Source of the DNA: the human T2T-CHM13v2.0 reference genome, Homo sapiens
DNA length: 64,000 nucleotides
Assembly (NCBI RefSeq): GCF_009914755.1
Contig: NC_060927.1
Direction: 5' to 3' (one strand)
Below are positions 60,786 through 64,000 of this stretch, in pieces (positions within the stretch are counted from its first letter, which is position 1; each line of letters begins with the position of its first letter). The translations under genes and the position numbers were made by a program. The notes beneath the pieces are model-generated. The model was not told the DNA's origin. It ran no database searches and worked only from the letters and a program-made list of their open reading frames with translations.

Positions 60786-60911
60786 ACCCTTAATACCATC
60801 CTCTGTCTCTTGAAATGAGCGTGGCTTCCTGTTTCTGAGAATGCCTTCACCCTTAATACCATCCTCTGTCTCTTGAAATGAGCGTGGCTTCCTGTTTCTG
60901 AGAATGCCTTC
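60786..60911. repeat. Perfect tandem duplication, 2 x 63 bp
   Basis: acccttaataccatcctctgtctcttgaaatgagcgtggcttcctgtttctgagaatgccttc at 60786 and 60849. Confidence 0.96.
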
Positions 60912-61261
60912 AAGCCCTGTAATTTTAGGCAAAACCTTCAGGCTAACAACTTCAGGTTTGCAAGCATTCATCATTGATATATGATAGGATTTCCTGGCCT
61001 TCCTTCTCGTTATGCAATTTGCTAAAGGAGACACCTGGAAGGCAGAAAGCCCTGCTTCTTCTAATCTGCTTCATATCTCGTTGGTGCAGCTTCTCCTTGT
61101 CTCAGAGGAAAAAGAATGCAGAAATTGGGGGTTAGTGAGGGGTAAATAGACAGGAAACTTGTGAGAAGGAAGTCTGTGTTACCAAGCTCGTTAGCATTTG
61201 TCCAGCCCCTGTCTTCTCTCCACAGCTCTGTAAGAATTTGCCATGTGACAGTTCTCAGTAG

Positions 61262-61613
61262 CTTTTGTTTGTTTTGTTTTGTTAAGACAGAGTCTCTCTG
61301 CATCGCCCAAGCTGGATGCCATGGCAGGATCTTGGCTCACTACAACCTCTGCCTCCCAGGTTCAAGCGATTCTCCTGCCTTAGCCTCCAAGTAGCTGGGA
61401 TTACAGGCACGCACAACTATGCCTGGCTAATTTTTGTATTTTTAAGTGATTACAGGCACACACAATTATGCCTGGCTAATTTTTGTATTTTTAAGTAGAG
61501 ACGGGGTTTCACCATGTTGGCCAGGCTGGTGTCGAACTCCTAGCCTCAAGTTATCCCCCCACCTCAGCCTCCCAAAGTGCTGGGATTACAGGTGTGAGCC
61601 ACTGTACCCAGCC
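61262..61613 (-). mobile_element. AluS with internal 49-bp tandem duplication (61399-61496)
   Basis: Reverse Alu consensus; gattacaggcac...tttaagt occurs twice. Confidence 0.9.
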
Positions 61614-62308
61614 TTTTTTTTTTTTTTTTAATTTTCTAAAATCATTCAAGAAGAACAGTTTGTAAACAAATATCTTTCCACTTCTGTTCCCCAAAAAGTA
61701 TTGGTTGTTAAGAGTAACCATGGGTTGCTAATTGTGAAAGCAGTGATGAGCATACATGAAGATTCATTATACATTATTCTCTCTACCTATGTATATGTTA
61801 GTTTTCCATAATGAAAAGTTAAAAAGGGTTTTATGAAGTCTAATCAGAGCTTTGTACACAACTATTATTTGAAGCTCCGTCACTGTGGGAAGCGTCAGAT
61901 TTATGGTTTCTAATCCGAGTCCAACCTGTTGTTTATTAAAAACAAAAGAAAATCTGGAGGTTCCTAAGGCATGTCTTAGTATGAACACTTTTAACATGCC
62001 AACTGTTAAAAAGACAATGGTTGGTTTGGATGCGAGTGTTTAATTTGTGCCAAATTACACAGGATACAGTAAATATTTAGGGAATGGCAAGAATACAATA
62101 AATCCTCTAGGCCTTCCTAATTCAGTTGGTTAGGAAAATCTCACTATGACCTTTCTGTAACAAAAGAGACAGGCTCCTGTTCAGTTTTACCTACTGTACA
62201 GTCTCCTTTATTCCATGATCCTTAGGCCAAGGAGACACTGTTCTCATTTACTCAAGACGAATTTGTGTCCAAAGCCCACATTTATGCCTATAGTCAAAAA
62301 TAGCTCTC

Positions 62309-62750
62309 CACTTTGGGAGGCTGAGGCAGGCAGATCACTTGAGGTCAGGAGTTCGAGACCAGCCTGGCCAACATGGTGAAACATCGTCTCTACTAAAAAT
62401 GTAAAAATTAGCTGGGTGTGGTGGCGCATGCTTTAATCCCAGCTACTGGAGAGGCTGAGGCAGGAGAATTGTTTGAACCAGGGAGTCAGAGGTTGCAGCG
62501 AGCCAAGATTGTGTCACTGCACTTTAGCCTGCCGACAGAGCGAGATTCTGTCTCAAAAAAAAAAAAAACAAAAGAAAAGAAAAGAAAAAAATTAAAAATT
62601 AGCCAGGCAAGCTGGCACTCACCTGTAGTCTGTAGTTTCAGCTACTCAGAAGGCTGAGGAAGGTCACTTGAGTGTGGGAGAAAGAGGCTGCAGTGAGCTA
62701 TGACCATGCCATCATACTCCAGCTTGAGTGACAGAGGAAGAACCTTTCTT
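62309..62750 (+). mobile_element. 5'-truncated AluS followed by an older Alu right arm
   Basis: Alu consensus segments. Confidence 0.85.
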
Positions 62751-64000
62751 GAGGAAAGAAAAGAAAAGGCATATGGAGCTGTGCTCTGGTCAGAGAGACT
62801 GAGGAAAGGCTGGCTGAGCTGAGACTTGAAGGAGGGTGGAGTGAGGCCTGTGTGCAAAGTATCCTCTCTGCCTGATTCACCTCACCCTGAGATGGCAAAA
62901 GGCAAGGTGAGTTCTGGGGTAGATAGAAACCCTGAGTGGATGGGGGTGCAATCAGGAGATGGTGTGACAAACCTGGCAGGTAGGCCAGCTGCTAGCCCTG
63001 AGAGTTCCCTCATGCTAATTACTAAGGCACTTCTTCCTCTCCTAGCAGTTACAGCCAAAGCCAAATTTTGGCCTTGGCTTGTGGAGTGTGTGACCTGGAT
63101 TCCAGGCCCCACTTACCCCCTCAGCCAGGCACCAACTCCACACCTATATACAGTGGCCCTGGCTGCAGAGGCAGGCAGGGGCCAGACCCTGCGAAGCCTT
63201 GTAGAATGTTTAAAGAATTCTGTTTTTAGTTTAAGAACAATGAGAAGAAAATGGTTGGGTGGGTTCATATTTGCAGTGATCCCTCTGGCTGATTAAGGAC
63301 CACAGAGAAACATCGCCAATTTAGAGAAGTCCACCGTGAGTATATTGTTCCCCACTTTTTCGGTGAGTCAGCCTTCCTCAGAAACCACACTTCAAAAATA
63401 GCTTTTTCGGCTAGAAAATTGGAACTCAGTGCAAAGCTGCCTGTACTCCTCAGGAAATATTTTGCTGCCTCTTTGGTGGTTCTTTTTGGCCTTGCAGCCT
63501 GACAGGAGTCACCAAATGTGGCCTTGAGTTGATCCGAGGATTTCTGTTATGGCAAACTTTTATTGCCAACTTTGCAATTGGTGGCCTTGGACAAATTTAT
63601 TAACTTGTATATTCTTTAGCTTGCTTACGTGTAAAATGAGGTGGGTTAGCAAGATCCTTCCTAGCTCTAAAATTTTGTGAGATTTTTTTTTTCCCCTTTC
63701 AGTAACTTGTGGTAAAACTATAGACATAGCTACTGAATCACGTTGGGAAGTTTAGGACCTGTATCCACACCCACTAATAGCCACCTTGTTTCAGAGAGAA
63801 ATGAGAGTGCAGAGGGATTTTCCAGGATGATCCTTGGTTATAGTAGGTTACTTAGAGTGTGGGGGAAATCCTTAAAGCCGGTTAACATGACAGAATGGGT
63901 TCTACTGTGAGTTGCTGCCACAACTGGCACCCTTGTTTTCTTGTTTCTCTCCTGGATCCCTTTGGATATGTTTCTTCTCTGGGCCTCAGTTTAGTTATCT

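Noticed and set aside
60783-61034. ORF with a repeated 21-aa peptide
   Set aside because: Simple consequence of the 63-bp DNA duplication; no coding evidence
62826-63296. 156-aa + strand ORF in ARL6IP5 intron 1
   Set aside because: Non-ATG start, no PRA1 similarity, not the expected continuation of exon 1; partly old repeat-like

Overview
Primate genomic DNA, almost certainly human; the gene content matches the TMF1-UBA3-ARL6IP5 locus, which I recall as chr3p14.1. Minus strand: TMF1 coding exons 1-10 (the gene runs off the left edge) with the MIR3136 hairpin in intron 1, and the complete 18-exon UBA3 gene (NEDD8 E1 catalytic subunit). I reconstructed the UBA3 CDS by hand: 1392 nt, 463 aa, all splice phases consistent. 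Plus strand: ARL6IP5 (JWA/PRAF3) exon 1 and the start of intron 1. Each gene has its own CpG island. The rest is Alu/L1/L2/CR1/MIR/MaLR/MER repeat-rich intron and intergenic DNA. I see no previously undescribed multi-gene system. The most notable second-layer signals are a U12-type intron in UBA3, a skippable NLS-like exon in UBA3, stacked uORFs and a tandem donor in TMF1, a 3x24-bp GC-box repeat at the UBA3 promoter, a perfect 63-bp duplication, an Hsmar1/MADE1 end fragment inside an Alu, a tail-less Alu ending in a fold-back, and a strong sense bias of UBA3 intronic Alus. Repeat boundaries and subfamily calls are by eye and approximate.
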